Positions 35,591 through 49,444 are shown, counted from the first letter of the whole stretch. The stretch is DNA of 61,224 nt, filler included, from Sphacelaria rigidula (GCA_964200075.2; 6 parts of 6 records of this genome joined end to end with filler, not necessarily neighbours in it), one strand, 5' to 3'. Made by a program: numbers and translations. The notes: generated from the letters alone by a model not told the origin.

Positions 35591-38500
35591 CAGGATTGAT
35601 CAAAACACAGAAGGTAGCCATTCACCCCGGTGAAGACGCGGGATTTTTTTCCCACACCATGCCCAACAGGTATAGATTGGCTTCAACCATAAATCGGATG
35701 ACAACACACACAGCTTGTTGACAGCACTGATGGAAAGGGGGAAAGTTGTCATCAGTTCTATACAGGATCAAAACCACAGTGTTCGAAATGGACGGAAATT
35801 CAGAAAATGAAGAACGCAACACGTCTGATAAGAGGCGAGAGTAGACTGAGAAGAGGCAAGACAGGAAAGACAGGAGAGAGACCAACACAGACAGCGATGA
35901 CTACAGTAGATGAGAGTTCCTTGTGGATTTGACTGCAGCCAGGTTCACCTTCTTGTCGCTCCTGCTTAGGCCGATTTTCTAGTCGGTCCACCATTGTTAT
36001 CTGACCTATCTGCTCCCCGGGGAAAACTTCACGTGACAACCCGATTTGCTTGCAGTAGGGTTGGTAGCGAAGAGATGACGTCTCTACCGCCCTCGTACTC
36101 TTCGATGAGGGGAACCCGTACGCTGGTCGTTTGTCCAAATGGAAACCGAGATTAGTTCAGATCAATCACATTTCCGATGGCCGATAGCTCGTTGTTGAGA
36201 TGCCCCCAGAATGATTGGGTCGGTGTAAGGCAGTGAACGTCGATCACGTACTGTAAGACCCCCTCCACCTCAGCCACGGACGGCGTCGGCACGCACAAGC
36301 GAAGACAACGAAGAAAGCAGCACTGAAGCTGAACCTTCTTGAGGGTGTTAAGAGTGATTCGAAGAGCCCGTTGCTGCGTGTGATGTCTCCAACCTCCATA
36401 TGTGCCTCGATTGAAGTCACGACAGTCAAGTCCGAGAAGTTTAATCAAGACACGCTCTGGTCAAGAGGGTTATTCAGATTAGGAGTGTTCTCGAGTGCGC
36501 CCAGAGACGGAAGCGAAACACAACGCCATGAGCACCAATGTGGCTGAAACTTGTTGAGAGCGTCTCGATTGATTTTACAAGAGCGATGGGGTCTTTATTT
36601 CGCGCAGCGCGGCTTCGAACCAATTTGGGGGGGGAAGTGCGTGGTTCGGAGCTTCATAATGAGGCCCGGACGGATAGGACAGGACAGGGCAGGACACTTT
36701 TTGAATTTCGATTCAGTAGAAGCCTTTTCAGCTCTAAAAGGGCCTCAAAGAAATATGTATGTTTCTCCATCTCTCTCTCTCTCCCTCCCCCTCTCTCCTT
36801 ATCTGTTTGCTCTTTTCTTTGTCGCCGTTCTCCTTCGTGTCTTCTCCTCTCTCTCTCCATTTTGTGCCCTAATATTTTTGCACGTTCTCCTTCCCTGAAG
36901 CCGTGCGACAAGGGCCTGCCGAGTTCTCTTCTCATTTCGGCACCAGATTGAAACCACGTGAAGACTTTCAGGCGACAAGTCGTAGACGTAGAGGAGAACG
37001 CGAGACGATGTTGTTGAAGACACGTCCGAATTATACGGGAAAATGAAATTCATACTCGATTCTTCTGATGGGTGGCGATCCGAATATATTTCAACGTTAT
37101 TACGAAGAAACATACTCAATAATAAAAATGAGCAACGAATGGAGACGCCTGGCTCTCGCAGCACTGCAGGTCGATCCCCGACAACATTCAACATCCCATC
37201 TGTCGGTCGTACGTTCACGTCTCGAAGGTTCAGTTATTATGTAGGGTTACACTATTTCATTCACGTCCCCACATATTACACATCTGTAGTGCTACAACCT
37301 TAGTGCTACACGATTCAACTCTTTCCCTCAAGTGAAGACGGTGGAAGTCTGGCCCCTTCCCGCCTCCTCCACGATGCAGGAGTCAAGTACCTCGTCGGCA
37401 AGTGCGCTTCATGATCGTACTGCGAACCTCATCTGCCGTCCGCAACATATCATTGCTCTATGGGTACAGCTTGACCTTGAATCCTAGGATGGGTGACATA
37501 GCACACGTCATGGTGGAGCGACGTTTCGACCAATATCTCGCGCCTAGAACATCGATCTGTGCCCGAACAGTCATGTGTCTATGCTTCCAAGACGCTGCCT
37601 TTGCAAGAGTGCTACGTCGCAACCGCACCTGGACCGAACAAGAAGCAATGAATGTTTCGCTGTGAACCTGTGATGCTAAAGTTCGCACGCCTTCGGTTCA
37701 CCTCAAACACTACTACGGCACCTCGGCCTCAAGGACCTTATCAACCAATGTGTTACGTCATATTGAAGTCAAATATGCCGTATTCCCTCTTCAAATTATC
37801 GCATGCACTCTCAACAACAGGACGATAACGCCGCATGTACTGTCGCTATGAATATACACGAGGAGAGTCACGCTGATACTATCGTGTTGTTCCTTTACAG
37901 TCGGACACGGCTCTCCTAGGGACACTGGTCCATGGTCTCCACTTCCCCTCCTTCGCAGAAATTAATGATCGCGTCGCCCTGAGAAAACAGACCAACCGAC
38001 GACAGGTGTACGACAACCAGCACCACGGACAAGATCTTGGTACAGTATCAAAAAAGCGGTCTCACACAAACGAATTTGTCCTAGGGCCGAAGGTCTGAAG
38101 AAGAGCGGCGCGTGCACTTCGCTAAGCTAACAGGGGGTTTTAGTGAGTCTGACTCCCACACAACCTTGAGCAAAAATTTCCGAACGCTCGAGGCGCATAC
38201 CACACATGACTGCCGCGAAGCGGTCTAGCCGAGCCTCTGGGTAATCGGCACAAGAAACCGTTCGTGTGTGGCAAGTGTTGAGTGAGGTTTATTCCTTCCT
38301 TCGAGGGAAAAAAGTGAAAAGAATAAACATATTGTGGAGTACTTGTCACACGGAGATGTACTACCAGTTTCAACCTCTGCGGGCTCGCGTGCATGAATTC
38401 TGTGTAGTATTGCACGGTATCGACATCCATTTCTCTCGAAAAACGGTGCGTGGTGCTGCGGGTATCTGGACTCTAGGTTCCACCTTCCAGCTCGGTTGTG

Positions 38501-38614
38501 CTGCTTGTGTTTCTCAGGTATTGTTAGGGCTACAACAGATATCACTTCGGCAAGGGTAGAGGGGAAAGGAAGCATTCAGCGAGCATGTGGAGCTTCAACG
38601 ACACCAGGTCGAAA

Positions 38615-39198
38615 GGGGGGGTGTACTTACTCATGATCATGCATGCCACAGTCATAAGACCATTGACCTCGCATCCCTGCAAAGTCGGGACGGAACACGC
38701 CGAGTTTTCGCCGGATCAGGCTCGCACTCAATCGCCACGCGAAGCGCCGTGGTGTGTTCGGTGAGTCGCATAAAGGGTGAGCTGTATCCTGTTAAGATTG
38801 ATTGGCCCGAAGCCTACTGATTATCTTGTTTTTCGGATGACAGCCTGCAATGGGTTGCTACATTTTCTGGCATCGCCACTTCCAGAGACAGCCACGGTTT
38901 ATACACTGCATCATGGGTGTCTCACCATTTACACACCACGTAGTACGGATGCATTGTGCGGAGTTGAGGATTTCCCACGCCTCACGACATGATCTGGCTC
39001 GACTACTATCATGGTTACCGCAAAAAAAAGCGCAAGCGCGCAAAAACATATCGGTAACCTGGTTACCTAGCTTACGCAGTGAGCGACGTGTTTTATAGCG
39101 TCATCGCCAACCGACGCCAACCGCATCGGAGGTCCACCCCTACAAAACCAGGACGAAGCACGCCGGGTTCTCGCCGAAACAGCCTGGATCTGGGGGGG
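38615..39198 (+). mobile_element. Full-length family E unit (~585 bp, unclassified)
   Basis: Starts gggggggtgtac..tcatgatcatgcatgcc; a ~48-bp direct repeat (consensus cctacaaagccgggacggagcacgccgggttctcgccggaccaggct) occurs near both ends. Confidence 0.75.
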
Positions 39199-40717
39199 TA
39201 TGTCACTGGTGAATTTCAATGCCCCCGGTGCGAGTGCTCTAGACATGTGCGGCTAGGATAAACAACTCGACGTCGAATACACGCCGCGCATACATCAAAG
39301 TACAGCTCAACTTATCGTCCCAATGGCGATTGCAATAATCACGAAGATCCAACCAGGTTTGTGACATGGTAGCAGGCAACACGTGAGTCGAAAGAGTTGA
39401 AACGTTTGCTGCAAGGTGACAGGCCATGGTGATCCAAACTACTGAAACGGCGTCGGTTCTCCCTGCCTTACCAGATTGATGCAGCTCTGCACTCCACTGA
39501 TTGAAGAAGAGGTGTGTATGTTGGTAGGACCTACAATGTGGACTTATTCCAAAGCATCTTGGTTGGTATTGGGGATTCACGCTTCCACAATACGTCCGGA
39601 TACTAGTGACCATGTATCAAATAGCGGAGGCTTTGCATACTCAACATGATATTGATCCTCTGATAGCATATGTGAAGACAACGGTATGCAGCCTTCTAGT
39701 TACACAACTTACCCACACTGCGTATTCCTCTGCGAAGTCTTCGAGGTAACGAGACACTCCATCACATGACATGTAGCACGCGCGGCATTCCTGCCCAATA
39801 CCCATGTAGTTGCAGTGCACTGGCAAAGGGGCGGCGCCACTTGTGCATGCCGGCTCCAGGTAAAGATCCTGGTAAAAAGTGCAGTCGAGCCCAGGGCACT
39901 CTTTTTAGGCGGTAACACCCTCGACAGGAGCCCAAACGCTGAGATAAAATCAAGTCGGTACCTGCAGCAGATAAACCACCTACTGGAAACCGCGACAAAA
40001 AATAATTTCTTATGTCTCTGCTGAACGTTCGAAGCTGTCGAGATACGAAAGCGTAAAAATGAAGTCAGGCGACACCTTTGATGCGAAGTAAATGCTGTGG
40101 GTTAGATTGCATCAACAACAAACGTGTAAACTGGCACTTCGTCGGTCACAATGAGCTACACATCGACCTTACCGTGCACATCAGACCACCCCTAGCTATC
40201 TTTTACCGGGGCTCTGCTTGCTTCAGTGCATTTGCGAATGGCTCCTCGTTGAAAATGTCAGGCACCCAAGATCACCTTCACTACGCCCAGTATGTCGCTA
40301 TCACCTCGAGAAATGTTATCGTGACTAGCACCGTACCTTGTCGTACATGTCGAGTTGTTCAACGGCCGCATCCGAGAGAGCAGCTTTGCTGCACTCCGCT
40401 TCCGATTGCGCGGCTACTCAAGGATCGTGTACCGTGGGCAAGGGGGATTGCAGGAAGTGGACAGCGTGGGCAGAGCGGAAGAGACTGGATTAGCGGGACA
40501 ACACGCGGGCGTTGGTCCTCAGTTTCACCGAACGAGCACATTGAAGACAAGGACCATGGTCAACATGCTCTTCAACCGATGATGTAGAAATGAACACCCC
40601 GCGGAGTCCTCCCGGAGCTAACATCGTGCGAGTATGTGACTCCACTTCCCTTGCGAGGCAAAGTGTAAGCTGAGTGTTCGACCCGATGAAATTATGAGGG
40701 GAGGGGGGGGGGGGGGG

Positions 40718-40784
40718 ACTCATGATCATGCATGCCATAGTCACCAGACCGTTGACCTCGCGGACCGGAAGGGCGCCGGGGGGG
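40718..40784 (+). repeat. Family E 5' end at contig end
   Basis: actcatgatcatgcatgccatagtcaccagaccgttgacctcgc. Confidence 0.7.
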
Positions 40785-40884
40785 NNNNNNNNNNNNNNNN
40801 NNNNNNNNNNNNNNNNNNNNNNNNNNNNTTAATTAATTAANNNNNNNNNNNNNNNNNNNNNNNNNNNNNNNNNNNNNNNNNNNN
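40785..40884. other. Artificial contig linker
   Basis: N44-TTAATTAATTAA-N44. Confidence 0.97.
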
Positions 40885-40955
40885 CCCGGCTTTGTAGGGA
40901 TGCGAGGTCAATGGTCTTATGACTATGGCATGCATGATCATGATTACACCCCCCC
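40885..40955 (-). repeat. Family E 5' end at contig start
   Basis: Reverse complement of gggggggtgtaatcatgatcatgcatgccatagtcataagaccattgacctcgcatccctacaaagccggg. Confidence 0.75.
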
Positions 40956-41424
40956 TCCTCCGTCCCCTCCAGGATGCCGTGATCAATGGCCTCACAGGCA
41001 CTGCTTGCAAAATGTGGGCATGACGCACCACGTGGGTTTGGTCGTGGCAAAGTTTGTCGCAGTCTTCGTCTGTGTTTCCGTGCAGCAGGATACGTTCATC
41101 ACGAAGTTCTCATGTATGCGCTCTGCCTTGGTCGCAGAGTCTTCATTCCAGGCTTATTCAGAGCAGTTGGCCACACGGAAATCGGTGCTATGACAGAACT
41201 ACCTGCACCTTGCGGGGGTTGCAGGGCCACGCCGTGATCAATGACCAGGACACGATTATCGCCTCCCAGACTCGCACATACCTCCTTCAGAAGCATTTCT
41301 GAGCGACGTTGAGCGCATTATGTAGCCTCGTGCAGTCGATGACAACTCAAGTAGTGCAGCATGAGGTTCGCAGTGAGGACGCCTGTTGGAAACCACAGTA
41401 ATTCCGTCGACTTGCCTCCCCCAG

Positions 41425-42345
41425 GTGAGACACTTATGAGGCTGTGTATAAGCTGTGGCTCTCTCTGGAAGTAGCAATACCAGAAAACGAAGCGACTCAT
41501 TGTAGGCTGTAATCCAAATGCAAGATAGTCAGTAGGCTTCGGGCGGAACAGTCTCAGCAGGATGCAGCTCACCCTTCATGCGACTTCCCGAGCACACCAC
41601 GGCGCTTCGCGCTTGGTGTTTTGAGTGCGAGCCTGGTCCGGCGAAAAATCCAGCGTTCTCCGTCCCGGCATTGTAGGGATGCGAGATCAATGGTCTTATG
41701 ACTATGGCATGCATGATCATGAGTACACCCTAGGCTCAGATTTAGCCTGGTCCGGGGAAAACCCGGCGTGCTCCGTTCCGGCTTTGTAGGAGTGGTTTCC
41801 CCTATCGAGTTGGTGTCGGTTGGCAATGACGCTGTAAAACACGCCACTCACTGCGTAAGCTAGGGAACCAGGTCACCAATTTGTTTACCCGCTTGCATTT
41901 TTTTGCGGTAACCATGATGGTGGTCGAGCAAGATCATGTCGTGATGGTAGTCGAGCTAGATCATGTTGTGCGACGTGGGAGAACCTCAAATCCGCACAAA
42001 GAGGATCGTACTACTCGTATGTAGTGCTTTTATGGTGAGACACCCATAAGGCAGTGTGTAAGCCGTGGCTGTCTCTGGAAGTGGCGATACCAAATGCTGA
42101 AGCAATTCATTGTAGGCTGTCATCCAGATGCAAGACAATGGGTACGCTTTGGGCGGAACAATTTTAGCAGGACACCCTTAATTCGACTCGCCGAGCACAC
42201 CACGGCGCTTCGCGCTTGGTGATTGAGCACGAGCCTGGTTCGGCGAAAACCCGGCGTGCTCCCTTCCGGCTTTGTCGGGATGCGAAGTCAATGGTCATAT
42301 GACGATGGCATGGAAGATCATGACTACACTCCCCTAGGCTCAGAT
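41425..42345 (-). mobile_element. Head-to-tail tandem of family E (one full unit plus one partial)
   Basis: Junction ccaggctaaatctgagcctagggtgtactcatgatc (minus strand) near 41715-41750; period about 605 bp. Confidence 0.8.
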
Positions 42346-43186
42346 CCCCGATAACCGGAGTAGTCCGTGTGTATTCAGTCAATATTGTACCGCGCCCGAT
42401 TACTTTGCGTCATCGTTTCTGCACATTCTTTGCATCGTTTTGACTGCACGTCGCCGCTTGTCATCGGTAACTTTTGCTTCCACTTCACGGCCTGTCAGCA
42501 AATCGCAAGCATCGCCTCCCTCTGTTTCAAATCCCACCCAAGCCTCCGTCGATGGTCGGAACCGAGTCTTCTACGGTATCTTGTGTAGTAAGCAACAAGT
42601 CGATTCACGAGAGTAACATTTGAGGATCCACGCCGCGACTTCGAATAGGTGCTCAAGACCCTGCTGGGGGTCCGCATACGAGTGCAGAGGGTTACCTGTC
42701 CCTTGCCGATGTCTTCTAGCCCCCAGGGAACTCACAACAGTTGTTTGAGTTCGTAGCAACGACTGACAGAGCTCCGATTATGGAGTCCAAAGTCCCACTA
42801 AAGAGGTTGGTAAATGTACCAAAGATTGAGGAGTTTGATGCTCCTAGCAGGGGAATAAAGAAGCACGCTAAGAGCACGTGGGGTTCACTGCGGCAAGGGC
42901 TGCAATCACGTCCACTACTTCATAGCAATAAAATTATATCCCAATTGATCATCCCTAATCTACCCTTCAAGATACGTGGTTTACTTCTACGGGGCCGTTG
43001 CTAGATCCAACGGGCGTACTTCGGAACTACGCACAAGATACCGCATGACACAGCACATGCTGACTGTATTCTCAGCCTGTTGGCCATGGGTGACATGATA
43101 CGACGAACAGCACTTCCCATCGACCGGTTGTCTATACAGTATCACAGTAGTATTTTTGTAACTGCCGTAACATGTTCCACTTTGTT

Positions 43187-43189
<3 letters not shown>

Positions 43190-43218
<29 letters not shown>

Positions 43219-43219
43219 G

Positions 43220-43266
<47 letters not shown>

Positions 43267-43420
43267 ACCCCCCCACACCCCACACAACACACCCCACAAN
43301 NNNNNNNNNCAGAATCAAAGTTTTTTTTTTTTAACCGCCGTAACACGTTCCACTTTTTTGCTCTCCCCCTCTCCCTCCCCCTCCCTCCCCCCCCCCCCCC
43401 CCCCCCCCCCCCCTCCCACC
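43190..43420. other. Low-complexity (CT)n/poly-C tract with a 10-N scaffold gap (43300-43309)
   Basis: taactgccgtaacatgttccacttt is repeated on both sides of the gap, suggesting an unmerged low-quality overlap. Confidence 0.8.
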
Positions 43421-43451
43421 GTCTGTCAAACCACAGATAAATATAACACAG

Positions 43452-46400
43452 AACCATTGATGCACCTAAAAGACCGCCGCGAGCCACCACGGTCAAGCTA
43501 CAAATACAAGTTTCCCTTCGAGGACGGCCGACGGGTGGAGGCACCCACGGGAGGTTTGCTCGATAACGTCCGAGCAGTCTACCAAAATATATCGGAGGCG
43601 ATTCTTGTGAGTGACACCCGACATGAAAAGAGACGCCACAACAGCCGACATCTGGGCCATGCAAACCATTTGGGTCAACCTCGAATGTGCTGTACTTCGG
43701 CAGTCGTACAAAGTCTCGACGATACATACCTCTATTTGTTGTGACTGCCTTTGGTGTTATGTTCTTGAGCATGTGCAGTGTGTAACCACCACGTAGCATT
43801 TACTCGCAGAAACGAGTAGTGGGTTTTAGTATGGCTCTCTGGGTGGTATGTAATGAGGAGAAACGCCGCCGCAAAAATCAGGCACTGTAAAACGTGCTTG
43901 TTACTGTTCGGAAACAACCTCTCCGTCGATGTGGGTCGTCAAGTAGATGTCTACTCGATGGAGTCCCCACCCTCAAATGATTATGTACCCGTCATGTTCC
44001 TGAGGAAAATCAAGCGTCTGCAAGCGTAGGGTCTAATTTGCGTGGAATATTCGTGTCCCACACACCACCTTAATATCAAGCCGATGTTTTCCTTGATCGA
44101 CACGCAGCATCGATGGGGACGGGAATACGAGCATACCCTGTTTTCGAACGGAATGGTGTTTTCAGACGAGGGCAAAGTGGTTCAGGACAAGATGCTCAAC
44201 GCCGTCGTACAGCAAGGCGGCTTCGTCGCAGCATTCACAGGTGTGCACTACCGTGTATCCACTTCCTTTCTTTTGCACGTTCGACAGGCAAGCAAATCTC
44301 TTCTCGCTGTTTACGCGATTACGATATACGGAGATCATCTCCCCTGGTAAGTGTTTTGGTGACCGAAGATATATTTACTGCACAATGTTGTACGGTGGGG
44401 GTTTACTGCACAAAACTTATGATGACTCCATGAACAAAAAGCCAATGTCTCTCCCTTCGTAAATATAGTTATTATTGACTTTTTTTCATCACTGACAGAG
44501 GCCTGTCTGTGAAGATGTTATTGAAACTGCTGTTTATCAATCATTTGTGACTTGATCAGTAAAGTATTAGTCAAGTTACTGCTTTTTTTTCGTCGTATTT
44601 TCAACCTCTCCCTTCTCGGGGTGAGTCCGTGGTCTCGAGACATTACCCTTTTCTTATTAGAGGTATCTAACGGCTCGGCTCCCGATATCCTGGATTACTC
44701 GCTAGCTCTGAGTTGTGTACTATTTGTTTCAAGTGAAAGTGATCGCGATTCATAGGAGGACCTGACCTGGTGGTCAAAGAGTCTCATCATCAGATAAATC
44801 GCCATCACTTTCACTTGAAAAAATAGAACAGAACAAACCAGGATACCGGGAGCAGAGGTTGAGATACCTCTATTATCATGTGAGTTTTCTTCACAGTTTT
44901 CCGTCGTGAAACTAGTCCTTTATCACGCAATGGGGCGAAATTACCGCGAAACGCCTCTTGATGATTCCCCTCAATTTGGTTCTGGAATGCCAAAGTAAGT
45001 GACCATCTTCAGGGGCGTGTGTTGTAGCCGGATAGACCGGGCGAAATCGCCTGATCAATAAACCACGCCCAATTTTTTCTTAGCCGTGGTGAATAGGTGA
45101 GGATAACATGCCAGGTGAAAAACGTGCTCGTTTCGAATATGTGTGTCACGTGAGGGGGCATGACCTATCTGTTCTAATCCTTCCATTCCATCACTTGGTT
45201 TTCATTTGTGAATGACACTCAGGAACGTCGGTGACAGCGGGACACGACAACCTTTACGAGCAGAGTTACCCTGTCGTGCTTAACGGTACCCTGTCGAAGC
45301 TATTCGCCGCGGCGGGAGTGAGGTACTGCAGCAATCTTACATGTTGTCTTTGGCGTGAGTAAGACGACAGTACCTTTGATGCACCCGCCTGCAATCATGA
45401 CGCTAGCTTCTTACCTATTTAGATGGCGACACGAAAATATAGGTCACAACAGGGATGACCTCTAGCTTGCGACCCGGCTTTGGGTGAAGTACCAAGACAG
45501 AATTGTGTCCCTTGCCGTATGTCCTGCTGCGCGCTCCGTCCAATGCCTCACCCCAAACCCACCCCCTCGGGGTCTGCAGGTTCGAGGCAATCAATGTGGC
45601 CATGGGAAACAATCCCCCGGTACCTTACAGCTACTGCGTTGACGCCCACGCCGGGATCGACGCTGATATTGTATCTTGGGAAATGGTGAGACTGTGCTCT
45701 ATGAGTCCCAGAGTGATGCTACGGTAGTGGTGCACGAATATTTTCTGAACTTAAAATTATAAGGAGCCCTTTCATCTCATCCAAAAACACGACTTGAAAT
45801 ATGTGAGAGTACGCCAGGATTACTACACCAATGTGCTAGGAATATCCCGAATACATTTGCAAACAGGGATGCCCTAGAATCGCTAGGAGCCCCTGAACCA
45901 GAGAACTTTTCGCGCAAAAAGTGCGTGAACCCCTACCGTAGCATTTCTCCCCGCCGAAGGGCATGTAGATCACGAACGTATGTCGGTGTGTTTTCGCTCT
46001 TCATCTGAACGTCTTCCTTCCGGGAAGGCGGGACACGAAGGGCGATGCCGTACTGCTCGCCTCATAACTTCATGTGGTGAGTGCAACGTTTCCTCTCGCT
46101 CGCGACACTTGCAGCTGATAGCGGTACATTCTATTTACTCTGAACCTTCTCATTTCCCCCCCAGGACTTCCTGCCACGTATGCAAAAAATGCAGCTCGGT
46201 TCCTCGGACCGGGCGCTTTGGACGAAGAGTGCTCACGAGATATCTTGTGGGGACGTGTGAAGTCAGCCGTCCATTTTTTCGACAATCGGGCCAGTATTGT
46301 ATTGTGCCTTGAAAGTAGCAAATCGAGGAGGATGATGATTACCTTCTCTTGGATGCAGTTCCTCTCCTCCATTTCGCGTGCCCAACCAAACTCGGTTTCC

Positions 46401-48780
46401 CCGCATGGCACTCATTCGTTTCGTGATGACCAGGGCATGGAAGTTGGTGGGAGGGATTGCGAAGCAGGAGCTGCGGTGGTGGAGGTGTTCGTTCGATCCG
46501 CCATGACTTTGCCCAGACGCCCGGCCGTGCTTATTCTGGAGGCTACTCCAAATAATGATCATTGCGGCCCGAAATTGACCCGAGTAGTACGACAGAACCG
46601 CATGTGAGCGCCTAGGAATTCTCTTTTCAGGCTGAAGTGTGGTGTTCAACACGTCCCAATAGATGCGCGACGGTTTTATGATTACGATCTGGGTTCGGCG
46701 CAAGTCGATCGGCGGAACAGAGGGAGAACAAGCATGGTTTATAATGCAGACCTGCGGGCAGGATGCAGTTTTCGTGGGTGTACAGTGGAATGTTCGCCGG
46801 AGTCCGGATTTCGAAGATGATGGATCTGTGCAAACACTCGAGCTCTAGCACTTGGAGGCATGCACCTTGATAATGGCTAGTACAAGGCAAGATGTTGAGA
46901 CTATGGGAAGGATTCCACGGAGCAGGGGAAACGGGTGAGGGGATATCCTCCGCTGTGATTGCTGTGGTCGGTCCACCCATGAGCAGCGTTCGTCTTCGCG
47001 GTGAAGCCCTTGTTTGTTCGCACGGACTCCTTGCACTAGTGACCATGAATACCAACGCATCGCACCTGCTTTGAGACACACATGCTCTACATTGCGACGC
47101 ATTGGCGTAGCAAATGATACCCGTCCCCTCCCTTCCTCGTGTGATGCGCGTTCGGTACCCTGAACGATATTTTTAGATTCATCGGTGATTGCCACAACAA
47201 CGAGCATAGCTTGATGTCTACTTACAGTCAATTCGGACTACACGCCATGTTTCTGCGCCGGTTGGCTTCGCAATTCACGTGCGAGGATGATCGGTTCGGC
47301 AAGGACAATCTCTTCCGTTCCGGCAAGGTCACTCCACGCCCGATGCTGTGAGTGCGCGCGTAGATGACGTTCGACCAGATAGCGGTGTTACGATGGGTGC
47401 CCTCTTTGTAGCAGTTGGCTGTGAAATGTTATCCAGCTGGTCCCGTTTTATCACGTTCTCATTATTTTATTAGCAAGCAGCAGTGTCACAAACGGCCGAC
47501 CGCGCTCTCCTCCTAGGTTCGAAAATAGCCACAGTTTTCGCGTCGTCCGAGACGCATGATTCCATGCAAACACCTCAACTAAAGGACGGCGCCATGGATC
47601 GAGTGAAGGGCATTCGTCCACTGTTCTTCGTCGGAGCTCACAGTGAAGCACTGATACTTCACAAGTAGGTTTCCATCGCGTATGCAGGGCACCCCCAAGG
47701 ATTGAGGATTGAAGTGGTGAACGTGTAGGTCTCGGCTCTAGTGCGATCAACCAACTTCACGGTCCGTGCTTCCATCCGCGTAGCTTTAAGAATACTGTGC
47801 TCGTTTCGCTCAAGGGTATCGATCGGCAGCTAGCATATTTTCTGGTTCCTCCCCCGTATCGATGCCTACCTAGATGGCACCCTGGAGCCCATGGACATGA
47901 GCTGGTGGCGGATATTCTTTTCATGCACTACGCCCAATCTTTCCTGGTCGCACTGGAGCGCCTGGAGCACGCGGCACCGGGAACGACGGCTCAACACCTC
48001 CGACACGATACGGAAGCAGGGAAGGAAGAGCTGCTAGTGTCCGCGGGAGTCCCTAACCCGCACGATGTATCGGGTAACGGTGATGAGTACATGGGTGCGG
48101 GAAGGGGAGCAGTTCTGCCGAGCCCGCATTCATGCGACAGCTGGCGTTTTGGCCGAGGCGCCGGAAACTACCGATGCTCTACAACTTATGCTCCGGTAGC
48201 AGCGAGGGACGGTTCGAGGTTGTTGGATATGGTCTCGGATCGCACACCGGTCGTACAGCTCGATGAGAACGAGGTCCATGGTGTCCTCACCCCTGGCCAC
48301 TGGTCTGTGACCCTGAACGAGGTTTCGTCACCAATTATCGACTATCTGTCGACGCCGGCTCCAAATGGTGTTCACAAGCCAATAGACCGTAAGTGGGTAC
48401 TCATTGGGAATCGGGAATCCGGTCCCATCGAGTTCGATTTCCAGACGGAGGGCTTGCTAGGAGCCGGGGAGAGAGGAACGACAAACCTTCTTGATGGGAG
48501 ATCCATCCGTGAAGGGGAAGCCATCGACGACTCACGGGTTGTCGTTTGTAAACGAGATCTCATAGAAATGGTCGAGTTGCGAGACACGGAAGGGGTAAGG
48601 TTCAAGATTGACGGGGAAGAAACATCAGTAGTAGAAATGCCTGATCATCAATACGCGGGGAAAAGCGACTGTGTCATGCTGGCTGCACAGATAGGGGTGG
48701 GTAAGCACACGCTCTCGTTAGAACCACTCAGAATGGAAGGGCCGCCGGTTGCGATTTCCCACGTGATCTATCCCGCGTGA
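43452..48780 (+). CDS. SGNH/GDSL hydrolase-fold protein, 5'-incomplete, 7 exons
   Basis: Exons ~43452-43606, 44108-44240, 45223-45322, 45580-45685, 46434-46603, 47177-47347 and 47874-48780 join in phase at GT-AG; motifs FVAAFTGTSVTAGHDN (block I Ser), NVAMGNN (block II), DADIVSWE, WHPGAHGHELVAD (block V His). Confidence 0.85.
44658..44872. mobile_element. MITE family G (215 bp, palindromic) in an intron
   Basis: tagaggtatct...agatacctcta termini (possible TA TSD); inner inverted repeat ttcaagtgaaagtgat / atcactttcacttgaa. Confidence 0.85.
45711..45949. mobile_element. MITE family A in an intron
   Basis: atgctacggtag / ctaccgtagcat inverted termini; interior homologous to 452-716. Confidence 0.8.
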
Positions 48781-49444
48781 AGTTTGCGGTATGTTTGGCT
48801 GGGCTGCTGGCAATGCGGGATACTTGTGTATATTCCTGTCCACCCGTGCGTGTATAATTATCGCTGTATTTAAGTTACACACTGTTAGCACATAGTGTTT
48901 GTTGTGGCGTCCCTTTATGTTGGAAATTAAAGCCCGTACCACTTTTAGTCACCGTCTGAAACCATAGTGACAGAATTGCCGGGGAACTTGCATGTACTAT
49001 CGATTCAGTTTTGCGTACACGTTTTTGACCCTCAGACAGCGAGGGTCGCCTCGGAACAGTTTCAAAGGCTAAGAGTTCGGAGACATTGGGGGGTTTCCAG
49101 TGACCGGGGGAAGTCTGTTCGCAGAGCAGTCGAAAAGCTCGCCAAGTCAACCATGTGTGTTTGGAAGATTCCCGCGGAAGATTATAAGCCAGTAACGAAG
49201 CCCGAGAGGCGCGGAATGACCATTCTGACCAATCACGACCGTCAAAATGGGAACGTAGTTCCCCTACAGGTGGATTACAGGCGGACTACTTCGCTGTCTA
49301 CTGACATTTATCACTATGGTCATGGCAGTTCAACCATAGATGACATGGGTACAAATCATTTGTTTTTTATTCTGCTCGAGGTCTGTGCCACCTGTTTCAC
49401 GCCTTATGTGTTGCAAGCATAGCTTCACACTGTCTGCAACGAGA

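Noticed and set aside
39200..40600. Possible gene (ORFs of 124 and 169 aa)
   Set aside because: No recognisable motif or consistent exon chain; at most a decayed relic
40700..40960. Inverted repeat spanning the linker
   Set aside because: Two contigs that both end in family E; adjacency is artificial
42987..43799. 270-aa Gly-rich and 190-aa Pro-rich ORFs
   Set aside because: Produced by poly-C/(CT)n and an N gap; only about 43452-43606 looks like a real exon
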